This document shows positions 55,060 to 63,222 of a stretch of 64,000 nucleotides of DNA, in pieces. The notes beneath the pieces were generated by a model that made no database searches, was not told the DNA's origin, and was given only the letters and a program-made list of their open reading frames with translations. The stretch is from NCBI GenBank assembly GCA_004555335.1, contig SFII01000001.1, positions 5,411-69,410 of the forward strand, in the 5' to 3' direction. The number at the start of each line of letters is the position of its first letter. Position 1 is the first letter of the stretch. Position numbers and translations under genes: made by a program. The stretch is from Coriobacteriaceae bacterium (GTDB lineage: Bacteria; Actinomycetota; Coriobacteriia; Coriobacteriales; Eggerthellaceae).

Positions 55060-55095
55060 TCGAACGCCCCCGAATCGGTATTCGGAGGCGTTCGA
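55060..55095. other. strong intergenic hairpin between ppk1 and the small ORF
   Basis: 16 bp with one mismatch (TCGAACGCC-C-CCGAAT / ATTCGG-A-GGCGTTCGA) and a CGGT loop. There is no U-tail on the minus strand. The plus strand has CTCTTTT 6 nt downstream. Confidence 0.6.
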
Positions 55096-55137
55096 TAAGC
55101 TCTTTTAATAGCAGCTGTTCAGCTATTGCCGTTTGCT

Positions 55138-58100
55138 TTATTTGTTGCGTCCGAACAGGCGGGCGAAGAAACCCTTCTTCGTTGCGGGCTTGGCGTCAGC
55201 GGATGCGCTGTGCTTAGGTGCGCCTGGCGTTGCCTTGGGTGTTTCAACGGGTGCAGGCTCGGCGGCAGGTGCGGGCTCGGGTGCGGGTTCTGCAACCGTG
55301 ACAGGCTGGGTTTCGGCTGCTTCGGGCTCGCTTGCGGGCGTTTCCATTGCAGGATCGTCGGCTTCCTGTCCGGTTTCCTCGATAGGCTGTGTGTTTTCGG
55401 GCGCGGGTTCGTCGGCCTGCTTGCCGGAATTTCCGCTATAGGGTGCGATGGGCGCACCGCCGGCGCTGCGTACGCATACGGGCTCGATCGCGATGCGGAC
55501 AGGTGCTTCCTCGGGTGCTGCTTCGTGCGCTTCATCGGCGGGCTCGCAGGGCGCCTCGTCGGTTCGATCGGCTTCGGGTGCCTGGGGTCCTTCTGCGGGA
55601 GCCTCTTCGATGGCTGCAGCTTCATCTACGGATTCCGCTTCCTGAGCAGGCTCGACGCTTGCAGATGCCTGGGTGTCCCGATCCTGCTTGGCCTCAGGGG
55701 CGTCTGCCTGTTCGGGTTCCTTTTCTTCGGCGGTTTCCTGGGCTGCGGTGGCGAGGCCGCCCATTTCGGCAAAGGCACGGGCAGCAGCCTTGATGAAGGG
55801 TTTCAGGGCTTCGTCGTCGGCGTTGGGCATGTCGTGCTTGAGTGCCTCGCGGAAAACCTCTTCCAGGCTGTTGACCGCATTGCGTTCGCGTGCGGCGGCC
55901 TGGCGGTCGGATTTAGCCTGCATGCACAGCTTCTCGTAGGCGCTCTTTTCCTCCATCTCGCTGGCAAGCGCATCTTCGGAGCGCTGCTTGGTGATGGCGA
56001 TCAGGGCTTCCTGGGCGTCGAAGAGCTTGCCGGCAGCACGGTCTTCCTCGCTTGCGAGTTCGCCCAGCTCGGTGTAGGTTCCGTCAGGCCTCAGCTCGCG
56101 CAGTTTCGCGGTGTCCTTCAGGCAGGTATCGATGTATTCCATGATCTTGGCGCGGGGCTCTTCGCCCAGGACGGGCCATGCGATCTCGATGCGCTTGTCC
56201 ATGTTGCGCGTCATCAGGTCGGCGCTGGACAGGTACAGCTTCATGGTGTCGTGGGAGCCGAAGCCGTAGATGCGGCTGTGCTCAAGCAGCCTGCCGACGA
56301 TGGAGACCACGCGCACGTTGTCGGTGTAGCCTTCCACGCCCGGCAGGATGCAGCTGATGCCGCGGACCAACAGGGTGGTGGGCACGCCCGCCTGCGATGC
56401 CTCGACGATCTTCAGGATGACGTCCTTGTCGGTGATGGAGTTGGTCTTGAAGAACAGCCCGCAGGGCTCGCCCTTCTTCGCAAGCTCGATCTGGCCGTCG
56501 ATTTCCTCGCAGATGCGCTGCTTGATCTGCAGCGGGGCGACGCACAGCCTGGTGTAGGCGCGCGAGGTGCTTTCCATACCCATGTTGCGGAAGAATTCGG
56601 TGGCATCGCGCCCGATCACGGGATCGGTGGTGATGAAGGAGAAGTCGGTGTACAGGCGCGCGGTCTTCTCGTTGTAATTGCCGGTGCCCAGCTGGGTGAT
56701 GGTCTGGAATCCGTCTTCGGTGCGGCGGATGATGGAGCAGATCTTGCTGTGCACCTTGTAGTCGTGGAAGCCGTAGATGACGTTGCAGCCGGCTTCCTCG
56801 AAGCGCTGGGACCAACGGATGTTATTGCTCTCGTCGAAGCGGGCGCGCAGCTCGAACAGCGCGGAGACCTCGATGCCGGCATCGGCGGCGGCGATGAGGG
56901 CCTCTGCCAGATGCGACCTGCTTGCCAAGCGGTACAGGGTGATATTGATGGCGACAACGTTGGGGTCTGCGGCGGCTTCGCGCAAAAGCTGCACGAAGGG
57001 GTCCATGCTCTCATAGGGGTAGGAGAACAGCAGCTCGCGCTTCTGGACCTGGTCGATGATGCGCTCGTTGCGCTTCGCTTCTGCGGGCCATGCCGGCGCG
57101 AAGGGCGTGCTGGTGTGGGCCTGGCGCAATTCGTCGCCTACCAGGCTGGGCAGCGAGAAGGCGTAGCCCATGTTGAAGGGCACGGAGGTGGTGAAGACCT
57201 GGTGCGGCTTCAAGTCGGTGCGCGAGAGCAGGAACTTGCTCACCGTTTCGGAGAGCTTCCTGCGGCTTTCCAAGCGCACGGGTGCCAGGCGCGAGCGCTT
57301 TTTCAGGATCTTCTTCATGTGCTCGCGATAGTCGTCATCGGCTTCGTCGGCGCCTTCGGTTGCGTCCAGGTCGGCGTTGCGGGTGATGCAGATGATGTTG
57401 GAGTGCTTGATGGTGTACATCGAGAAGATCTCCGAGAGGAAGGCCTCCAGGGCGTCTTCGAGCAGGATGTAATTGAATCCCTTGCCAGGGAGCGCGATCA
57501 GGCGGTTCGCCTTGCTGGGCAGGGGGATGAGCCCCAGCGTGACGCCTTCGGCGCCCAGCGCCTTGAGCCTCTTGCGCTCTTCCTTTGCACGGCGCTTTTC
57601 CGCATCGCTCATCTCCGACTTCTTCTTGAGGTTCTGCTCCTCGAGTCGGACGATGATGAAGATCTCGCCGCTTTCCAAGTGGGGGAAGGGATGGCGTCCG
57701 TTGACGATCTGCGGGGTGAGCAGGGGGATCACGTTCGCGCGCAGATGGGTGCGAACGTGCTTGAGCTGCTCTTCGTTGAGCTCGCTGAACTGGAACCTGC
57801 GGATGCCGGCCTGCGCCAACTCGCCTTCCAGGTTCTTGTAAATGGATTCTTGGATGGGGTACAGCTCGCGTACGCGCGCATAGATGGCGTCGAGCTGCTC
57901 ATCGGGGGTCATGAGCGTCTTGGAGTCGAGAAGCTCTTTATTCACCAGGGAAAGGTCGACCAGGCTTCCGACGCGAACCATGAAGAATTCTCGCAGGTTG
58001 CTTTCGAAGATGGATACGAACTGGAGCCTTTCCAGCAAGGGAATGGACGGGTCTGCACCCTGATCGAGCACCCTCTTGTTGAATTCGAGCCAGGAAAGCT

Positions 58101-58164
58101 CGCGATTCTGCATGAAGGGCATGCGTTGCTTGCGTTTCTGCTCCGGATTGGCGTTGTCGGCCAT
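55138..58164 (-). CDS. ppk1: polyphosphate kinase 1 with a C-terminal low-complexity extension of about 280 aa
   Basis: The N-terminus FMQNRELSWLEFNKRVL and the remaining PPK1 domains run to about residue 725. An acidic, Pro/Ala-rich tail follows, containing VCVRSAGGAPIAPY (55438-55479) and ending KKGFFARLFGRNK (55141-55179). Confidence 0.93.
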   Translation of the reverse strand: MADNANPEQKRKQRMPFMQNRELSWLEFNKRVLDQGADPSIPLLERLQFVSIFESNLREFFMVRVGSLVDLSLVNKELLDSKTLMTPDEQLDAIYARVRELYPIQESIYKNLEGELAQAGIRRFQFSELNEEQLKHVRTHLRANVIPLLTPQIVNGRHPFPHLESGEIFIIVRLEEQNLKKKSEMSDAEKRRAKEERKRLKALGAEGVTLGLIPLPSKANRLIALPGKGFNYILLEDALEAFLSEIFSMYTIKHSNIICITRNADLDATEGADEADDDYREHMKKILKKRSRLAPVRLESRRKLSETVSKFLLSRTDLKPHQVFTTSVPFNMGYAFSLPSLVGDELRQAHTSTPFAPAWPAEAKRNERIIDQVQKRELLFSYPYESMDPFVQLLREAAADPNVVAINITLYRLASRSHLAEALIAAADAGIEVSALFELRARFDESNNIRWSQRFEEAGCNVIYGFHDYKVHSKICSIIRRTEDGFQTITQLGTGNYNEKTARLYTDFSFITTDPVIGRDATEFFRNMGMESTSRAYTRLCVAPLQIKQRICEEIDGQIELAKKGEPCGLFFKTNSITDKDVILKIVEASQAGVPTTLLVRGISCILPGVEGYTDNVRVVSIVGRLLEHSRIYGFGSHDTMKLYLSSADLMTRNMDKRIEIAWPVLGEEPRAKIMEYIDTCLKDTAKLRELRPDGTYTELGELASEEDRAAGKLFDAQEALIAITKQRSEDALASEMEEKSAYEKLCMQAKSDRQAAARERNAVNSLEEVFREALKHDMPNADDEALKPFIKAAARAFAEMGGLATAAQETAEEKEPEQADAPEAKQDRDTQASASVEPAQEAESVDEAAAIEEAPAEGPQAPEADRTDEAPCEPADEAHEAAPEEAPVRIAIEPVCVRSAGGAPIAPYSGNSGKQADEPAPENTQPIEETGQEADDPAMETPASEPEAAETQPVTVAEPAPEPAPAAEPAPVETPKATPGAPKHSASADAKPATKKGFFARLFGRNK
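55438..55479 (-). repeat. motif copy VCVRSAGGAPIAPY in the PPK1 tail
   Basis: Shares both the peptide motif and nucleotide similarity with 54771-54812 and 54850-54888. Confidence 0.6.
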
Positions 58165-58352
58165 GGTGTGAATCTCCCTCCGTGATGGCTGCCCTCTTCG
58201 GTTTGAGGAAGGCGGGACGCGGTTTGGAATAATCTCCTTAACATACTTATATCACAGGTGGTTGGAATGCTTCGTTTTTGCTGTTATCCCTTATCTTGGT
58301 TTGCTATTATCTACAGTTTTTCATATGGGACTTTGACACTTGTATTTCTGAT

Positions 58353-58365
58353 AACGATTATCGTT
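58353..58365. promoter_or_regulatory. perfect 6-1-6 palindrome AACGATTATCGTT in the ppk1/ppk2 divergent region (candidate operator)
   Basis: It is an exact inverted repeat read directly from the sequence. It lies between two TTGACAC elements in a low-GC intergenic region. Confidence 0.35.
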
Positions 58366-58374
58366 TACCGCAAA

Positions 58375-58404
58375 TTGACACGCGTTTATCCTGGCGGGTA
58401 TGCT
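58375..58404 (+). promoter_or_regulatory. candidate sigma70-type promoter of ppk2
   Basis: -35 TTGACA (58375-58380), 18-nt spacer, -10 TATGCT (58399-58404), 78 nt upstream of the ATG. A second TTGACA lies at 58333-58338. Confidence 0.4.
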
Positions 58405-58481
58405 TTTGCCACCATGCAGCCTGGTTGTTCGGGTCCTGCCAATCCAAATGGGCTCGGACTCCTATGTAAGGAGCAATTCCC

Positions 58482-60209
58482 ATGCTTGAGAAAATTGATT
58501 TCGATGTCGAGAAGATCACCAAGGAAGAATACAAGCCCGTACGCGACGAGCTTGTGAACCGCCTGGTCGTTCTGCAGCAGGAAGCCCGATCCAAGGGTAT
58601 CGGTTTGGTGGTGCTGTTCGAGGGCTGGAACGGTGCCGGCCGTGGCGGTCGCATCTCCGATCTGATGTACAATCTCGACGCCCGTGCAACCTCCGTCCAT
58701 GTGACCCAGAGCGAAGAAACCGCGAATGCCAGGATGTTCCGCGACCGGGGTTACGGCGCCACCGACTTCTATCCCCTCATGAAGGAATTCTGGGATGCGC
58801 TCGACATGCGCGGCAACATGACCCTCTATGATCGCGGCTGGTACGACATCGCCGCGAGGGAGGCCTTCTACGCGTATGCCGACAAGCATCCCCTGAAGAA
58901 GGGCAAGAGGTCCGATGCGAGCAAGAAGGAACTCGAGGAAATCAAGACGGTTTTCGCAAACTCGATCGAATCCGCCGAACGTTTCGAGCATCAGCTGGTC
59001 GAAGACGGCTATGTGGTGGTGAAGTTCTTCCTGCATATCACCAAGGCGGAGCAGGAACGCCGCCTGAAGCGCCTCGCTTCCGACCCCAACACCGCATGGC
59101 GCGTCGAGCCCGGTGCCCTGAAGAGGATCAACGACCATGACTTCTACTACGATGTCTTCGACAAGCTGATCGAGCGCACCAACTTCGACTTCGCACAGTG
59201 GGTCGTCGTGAATGCCGAAGACCGCCGCCGCGCCAATCTTACCATCGCGCGCACCCTGGTCAACGCACTCGACGAGGCGGTCAACCGTGCAGCCGATCCC
59301 GAGGTGGCGGCAGCTGCGGCGAAGGCGGCATCCAATTCCGCCGGTGCATCCGCCCAGGTGGAAGGCGACGAGCGCGTCCGCACCCCCGAGCAGAATGCGG
59401 CAATCCGCGAAGCGAACGAAGCGGCGGCGGCATTGCAGCATTCCTTCGCTCCCGCTTCCTCCAAGTTCCCCATCGAGGCGGCCTATCCCACCCTCAAGGG
59501 CGTCGACTACCATCTGCGCCTGGATAGGGAAAAGTACAAGGTCATCCTGAAGGAAGAGCAGAAGAGGCTCTACGACCTGGAATTGGAGATGTACCTGCGC
59601 CGTATCCCCATGATCTTCATGTTCGAAGGCCAGGATGCCGCGGGCAAGGGCGGCAGCATCAAGCGCATCGCCCAGGCCCTGGACGCGCGCAGCTACACCA
59701 TCTATCCCAGTCCTGCTCCCACCAAGCCCGAGCTGATGCATCCCCACCTGTGGCGCTACTGGACCCGCCTTCCCAAGGCAGGCCACGTGGGCATCTACGA
59801 CCGCAGCTGGTATGGCCGCGTGCTCGTGGAAAGGGTCGAGGGATTCGCAAGCCCCAGCACTTGGGCGCGTGCGTATGACGAGATCAACGAGTTCGAGCGC
59901 GACCTGGTGGATTGGGGTGCCGTGCTGCTGAAGTTCTGGGTCGAGATCGACCGTGACGAGCAGATGAAGCGCTTCGTCGCCCGCGAGCAGAATCCCGACA
60001 AGGTGTGGAAGATCACCGAAGAGGACTGGCGCAACCGCGACAAGTACCCCCAGTACCGCGAGGCCGTGGAGGATATGTTCCGCCTCACCTCCACCGAATA
60101 CGCCCCCTGGACCATCCTGGAAAGCAACGACAAGCTCTATGCCCGCGTCAAGGCCCTGAAGACCATCAACGCGGCATTGGAGAAGCGCTTGGAGCAGGAA
60201 AAGATCTAA
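58482..60209 (+). CDS. ppk2: two-domain polyphosphate kinase 2 (PPK2 class II / polyphosphate:AMP phosphotransferase-like)
   Basis: Two tandem PPK2 domains. The first has VVLFEGWNGAGRGG (a Walker A variant). The second has IFMFEGQDAAGKGG...YDRSWYGRVLVERVEGF. RBS TAAGGAG. Confidence 0.9.
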   Translation: MLEKIDFDVEKITKEEYKPVRDELVNRLVVLQQEARSKGIGLVVLFEGWNGAGRGGRISDLMYNLDARATSVHVTQSEETANARMFRDRGYGATDFYPLMKEFWDALDMRGNMTLYDRGWYDIAAREAFYAYADKHPLKKGKRSDASKKELEEIKTVFANSIESAERFEHQLVEDGYVVVKFFLHITKAEQERRLKRLASDPNTAWRVEPGALKRINDHDFYYDVFDKLIERTNFDFAQWVVVNAEDRRRANLTIARTLVNALDEAVNRAADPEVAAAAAKAASNSAGASAQVEGDERVRTPEQNAAIREANEAAAALQHSFAPASSKFPIEAAYPTLKGVDYHLRLDREKYKVILKEEQKRLYDLELEMYLRRIPMIFMFEGQDAAGKGGSIKRIAQALDARSYTIYPSPAPTKPELMHPHLWRYWTRLPKAGHVGIYDRSWYGRVLVERVEGFASPSTWARAYDEINEFERDLVDWGAVLLKFWVEIDRDEQMKRFVAREQNPDKVWKITEEDWRNRDKYPQYREAVEDMFRLTSTEYAPWTILESNDKLYARVKALKTINAALEKRLEQEKI

Positions 60210-60252
60210 GCTGCGATTCGGGACCTTCCGGGATTCCCGAGAACGCGCACCC

Positions 60253-60304
60253 CGCCTCCCGACACCTGTGCAGAGCGTGCAGGCGTTGGGAGGCGTTTCA
60301 TCTT
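60253..60304 (+). terminator. rho-independent terminator after ppk2
   Basis: Outer stem CGCCTCCC / GGGAGGCG with an inner CCTG / CAGG, followed by TTTCATCTT. Confidence 0.6.
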
Positions 60305-60376
60305 CTGGGCATCCGGTTGTGGTAGGGTGGAACGGTTAGCGTTTGCGCGGCAATCGCCGATTGCGAAAGGAGCCGA

Positions 60377-61246
60377 ATGAGGGGAAAGCATGCGTCCGCA
60401 CCCAAGCCGGACAGGCGCGGAAGGCGCTTGTGGGGCGTGGTGTTCTGGCTTGCGTTGGCAGTCTGCATCGTTGCGGTATCCGTTTTGGGCTTCATCTTCT
60501 ATTCGTACTGGTCTGCCGAGAAGGGCTATGACGACCTGGCCGGCAAGGCCTTCGACGCCCAGGATGTTTCCGGGACCACGCTCGCCGATATGACGGTCGA
60601 TTGGGATTACCTGCGCTCCGTGAACGGCGACGTGGTGGCATGGGTGTATGTGCCCGGAACCAATATCAACTACCCCGTGGTGCAGACCGGGGACAACGAA
60701 ACCTACCTGACCATGGACTTCAACCAGTCCAACGGCTTTTCCGCCCGCTGCGGCAGCATCTTCCTGGATTGCAATAACGATCCGGGCTTTGCGGATGCGA
60801 ACAACCTGCTCTACGGCCACCATATGAACGACGGCTCCATGTTCGCCGCCATCTCCAAGCAGCTCACCGACGAGGCGCAGTTCAACGCCTGCAGGTACGT
60901 GTACGTGCTCACCCCCGACTGCAATTACCAGTGCGAGACCTTCGCCCTGGTCATCACGGACGGGTGGGATGCGCTGGTCGAGACCGAATTCCCCTCCGAC
61001 GATGAGCGGATCGCCTATATCGCCGACAAGCAGGAGCGCAGTGTGGTGCAGCCTTCGGAAGGCATGCCCGATCCTGCCTCCATCGAGAAGATGATCACGC
61101 TTTCCACCTGCGATTACACGAAGGACAACGGACGTGCGGTCCTGTTCTCGCAGGTTGTCTCGACGGCGGTGCCCGGCGGTTCGGGCGGGGCCGCGGTCGA
61201 TCAGGCGGATATCGATTCGATGCGCGATGCGGGCGAGGCGGTCTAG
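60377..61246 (+). CDS. srtB: class B sortase
   Basis: N-terminal TM segment, then GTNINYPVVQTGDNETYL, LLYGHHMNDGSMF and the active-site TLSTC. RBS GAAAGGAG. Confidence 0.88.
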   Translation: MRGKHASAPKPDRRGRRLWGVVFWLALAVCIVAVSVLGFIFYSYWSAEKGYDDLAGKAFDAQDVSGTTLADMTVDWDYLRSVNGDVVAWVYVPGTNINYPVVQTGDNETYLTMDFNQSNGFSARCGSIFLDCNNDPGFADANNLLYGHHMNDGSMFAAISKQLTDEAQFNACRYVYVLTPDCNYQCETFALVITDGWDALVETEFPSDDERIAYIADKQERSVVQPSEGMPDPASIEKMITLSTCDYTKDNGRAVLFSQVVSTAVPGGSGGAAVDQADIDSMRDAGEAV

Positions 61247-61365
61247 GACGGCGCGCCCGCATTACCCCGGTTTCGGGCATGCGCCCCTGCGCACTTGTCC
61301 CGATGCCCCCAATCCTTCACAATTGGCTTCGCAGATGCGTTGCCTCGAGCATAAGGAGTATCCAC

Positions 61366-62490
61366 ATGACAGAACGTAATAACACCGCTGCCAATGCCGC
61401 GCCGGAAGAGCAGGTCACGTACGCCCAGGCTGGCGTGGATACTGCCGAGGGCGCCCGTGCCGTGCATGCCATCAAGGACGCCGTGCATTCCACCTACCGC
61501 GATGAGGTAGTGGGCGACATCGGCGGGTTCGGCGGCCTGTTCAGCATCGCCGCGGCAAAGGATATGGAAGACCCGCTGCTGGTTTCCGGCACCGACGGCG
61601 TGGGAACCAAGCTGCAGGTTGCCAAGATCGCCGGCAAGCATGGCACCGTGGGCGTGGACCTGGTTGCCATGTGCGTAAACGACATCCTGGCATCCGGTGC
61701 AGAGCCCCTGTTCTTCCTGGACTACATCGCTATCGGCAAGCTGAAGAGCGAGGCCGTGGCCGAAGTGGTCGCAGGCATCGCCGATGGCTGCCGCCAGGCG
61801 GGCTGCGCCCTGATCGGCGGCGAGATGGCCGAGCATCCCGGCGTCATGGATCCCGATGAGTACGACCTGAGCGGCTTCACCGTGGGCATCGTCGACCGCA
61901 CGAAGATGCTCGACCCCGCGAACGTCTGCGAGGGCGACGTGCTGCTGGGCCTGGCTTCGAGCGGCCTGCATTCCAACGGCTATTCCCTGGCACGCAAGGT
62001 ATGCACGGAAGGCAAGGACGTGGAAGAGCTGCGCCAGCCCCGCGAATGCCTGGGCGGCCGTTGCGTTCAGGACGCCCTGCTGGAGCCCACCCGCATCTAC
62101 GTCAAGCCCGTGCTCAAGGCCCTGCGCGAGCATGGCTGCGGCATCCATGCAGTCGCCCATATTACCGGCGGCGGCATCACCGAGAACCTCAACCGCGCCC
62201 TTCCCGAAAACCTGGACGCCCAGGTGAACGTGGGCACGTGGGATATGCCTGCGATCATCCCCTTCGTCTGCAATGCCGCCCATCTGACCGAGGCGGAGGC
62301 GCTTAAGACCTTCAACATGGGCGTCGGCATGGTGCTGATCGTCAAGCCCGAGGCTGCAGATGCCGTTGCCGCCACCCTGCAGGCGGAAGGCGAGAAGGTC
62401 TTCAATATCGGAACCATCATCCCCGGTGCGGGCGAGGTCGTCTACACGAACGAAGATGCCCTGTTCCCCGCGGGCTTTTCCTGCGAATAA
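61366..62490 (+). CDS. purM: phosphoribosylformylglycinamidine cyclo-ligase (AIR synthetase)
   Basis: YAQAGVD, SGTDGVGTKL, DLVAMCVNDI, HSNGYSL. RBS AAGGAGTA. Confidence 0.95.
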   Translation: MTERNNTAANAAPEEQVTYAQAGVDTAEGARAVHAIKDAVHSTYRDEVVGDIGGFGGLFSIAAAKDMEDPLLVSGTDGVGTKLQVAKIAGKHGTVGVDLVAMCVNDILASGAEPLFFLDYIAIGKLKSEAVAEVVAGIADGCRQAGCALIGGEMAEHPGVMDPDEYDLSGFTVGIVDRTKMLDPANVCEGDVLLGLASSGLHSNGYSLARKVCTEGKDVEELRQPRECLGGRCVQDALLEPTRIYVKPVLKALREHGCGIHAVAHITGGGITENLNRALPENLDAQVNVGTWDMPAIIPFVCNAAHLTEAEALKTFNMGVGMVLIVKPEAADAVAATLQAEGEKVFNIGTIIPGAGEVVYTNEDALFPAGFSCE

Positions 62491-62505
62491 GGGAAGGCGG
62501 ACAGC

Positions 62506-63123
62506 ATGGTACAGGCACTGAACATCGGCGTTCTGCTTTCCGGTTCCGGCACGAACCTGCAGGCCATCATCGACAGGATCGAAGACGGCAGCCTGAACTG
62601 CCGCATCGTGAAGGTGATCTCCTCCAGGCCCGATGCGTACGGCTTGAAGCGCGCCGAAGCGGCGGGTATCCCCACACTGGCCTTGAACCGCGACGTATAC
62701 GCCGATCCTATCGCCGCGGATGAGCTGATCGTCCGCGAGATGCGCGAGGCGGGTGCGGAATACATCGTGATGGCGGGCTATATGCGCATGGTGCGCGATC
62801 CTTTGCTCGATGCCTATCCCGACCGGGTCCTCAACCTGCATCCCGCATTGCTCCCTTCCTTCAAGGGCGCCCATGCCATCCAGGATGCCTTCGATGCAGG
62901 CGTGAAGGTGACGGGCGTAACCGTGCATTTCGCGAACACGGAATACGACAAGGGCCCCATCGTTGCCCAGAGGGCGGTCGAGGTGCTGGAAGATGACACC
63001 CTGGATAGCCTGGAAGAGCGCATCCATGCGACGGAGCATGCGCTCTATCCCGAGGTGCTGGGCCTGCTTGCTGCAGGGGCTGTTACCGTCGGCGAAGACC
63101 GCAAGGTCCATATCGCCAGGTAG
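62506..63123 (+). CDS. purN: phosphoribosylglycinamide formyltransferase
   Basis: GVLLSGSGTNLQAI, NLHPALLPSFKG, GVTVHF......D.GPI. Confidence 0.95.
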   Translation: MVQALNIGVLLSGSGTNLQAIIDRIEDGSLNCRIVKVISSRPDAYGLKRAEAAGIPTLALNRDVYADPIAADELIVREMREAGAEYIVMAGYMRMVRDPLLDAYPDRVLNLHPALLPSFKGAHAIQDAFDAGVKVTGVTVHFANTEYDKGPIVAQRAVEVLEDDTLDSLEERIHATEHALYPEVLGLLAAGAVTVGEDRKVHIAR

Positions 63124-63142
63124 TTTCGAATCGATTGATCGG

Positions 63143-63179
63143 AAGGCGGTGGCTTTCGGGCTGCCGCCTTTTTAAGTTT
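63143..63179 (+). terminator. rho-independent terminator after purN
   Basis: Stem AAGGCGG / CCGCCTT, followed by TTTAAGTTT. Confidence 0.65.
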
Positions 63180-63222
63180 GGACGCCGGTGGGATATGCCG
63201 GGCGTGCGGAAGGAGGCTTGCG

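Noticed and set aside
55126-58185. A 1019-aa ORF on the plus strand opposite ppk1
   Set aside because: It is a shadow frame of ppk1. The translation is Gly/Ala/Leu/Arg-rich with no motifs, whereas the minus-strand frame is a textbook PPK1.
58258-58557. ORFs of 99 aa and 63 aa in the ppk1/ppk2 intergenic region
   Set aside because: They lie in the AT-rich promoter region and have no RBS. One runs into the ppk2 coding start in another frame. Their hydrophobic translations are an expected artefact of T-rich DNA.
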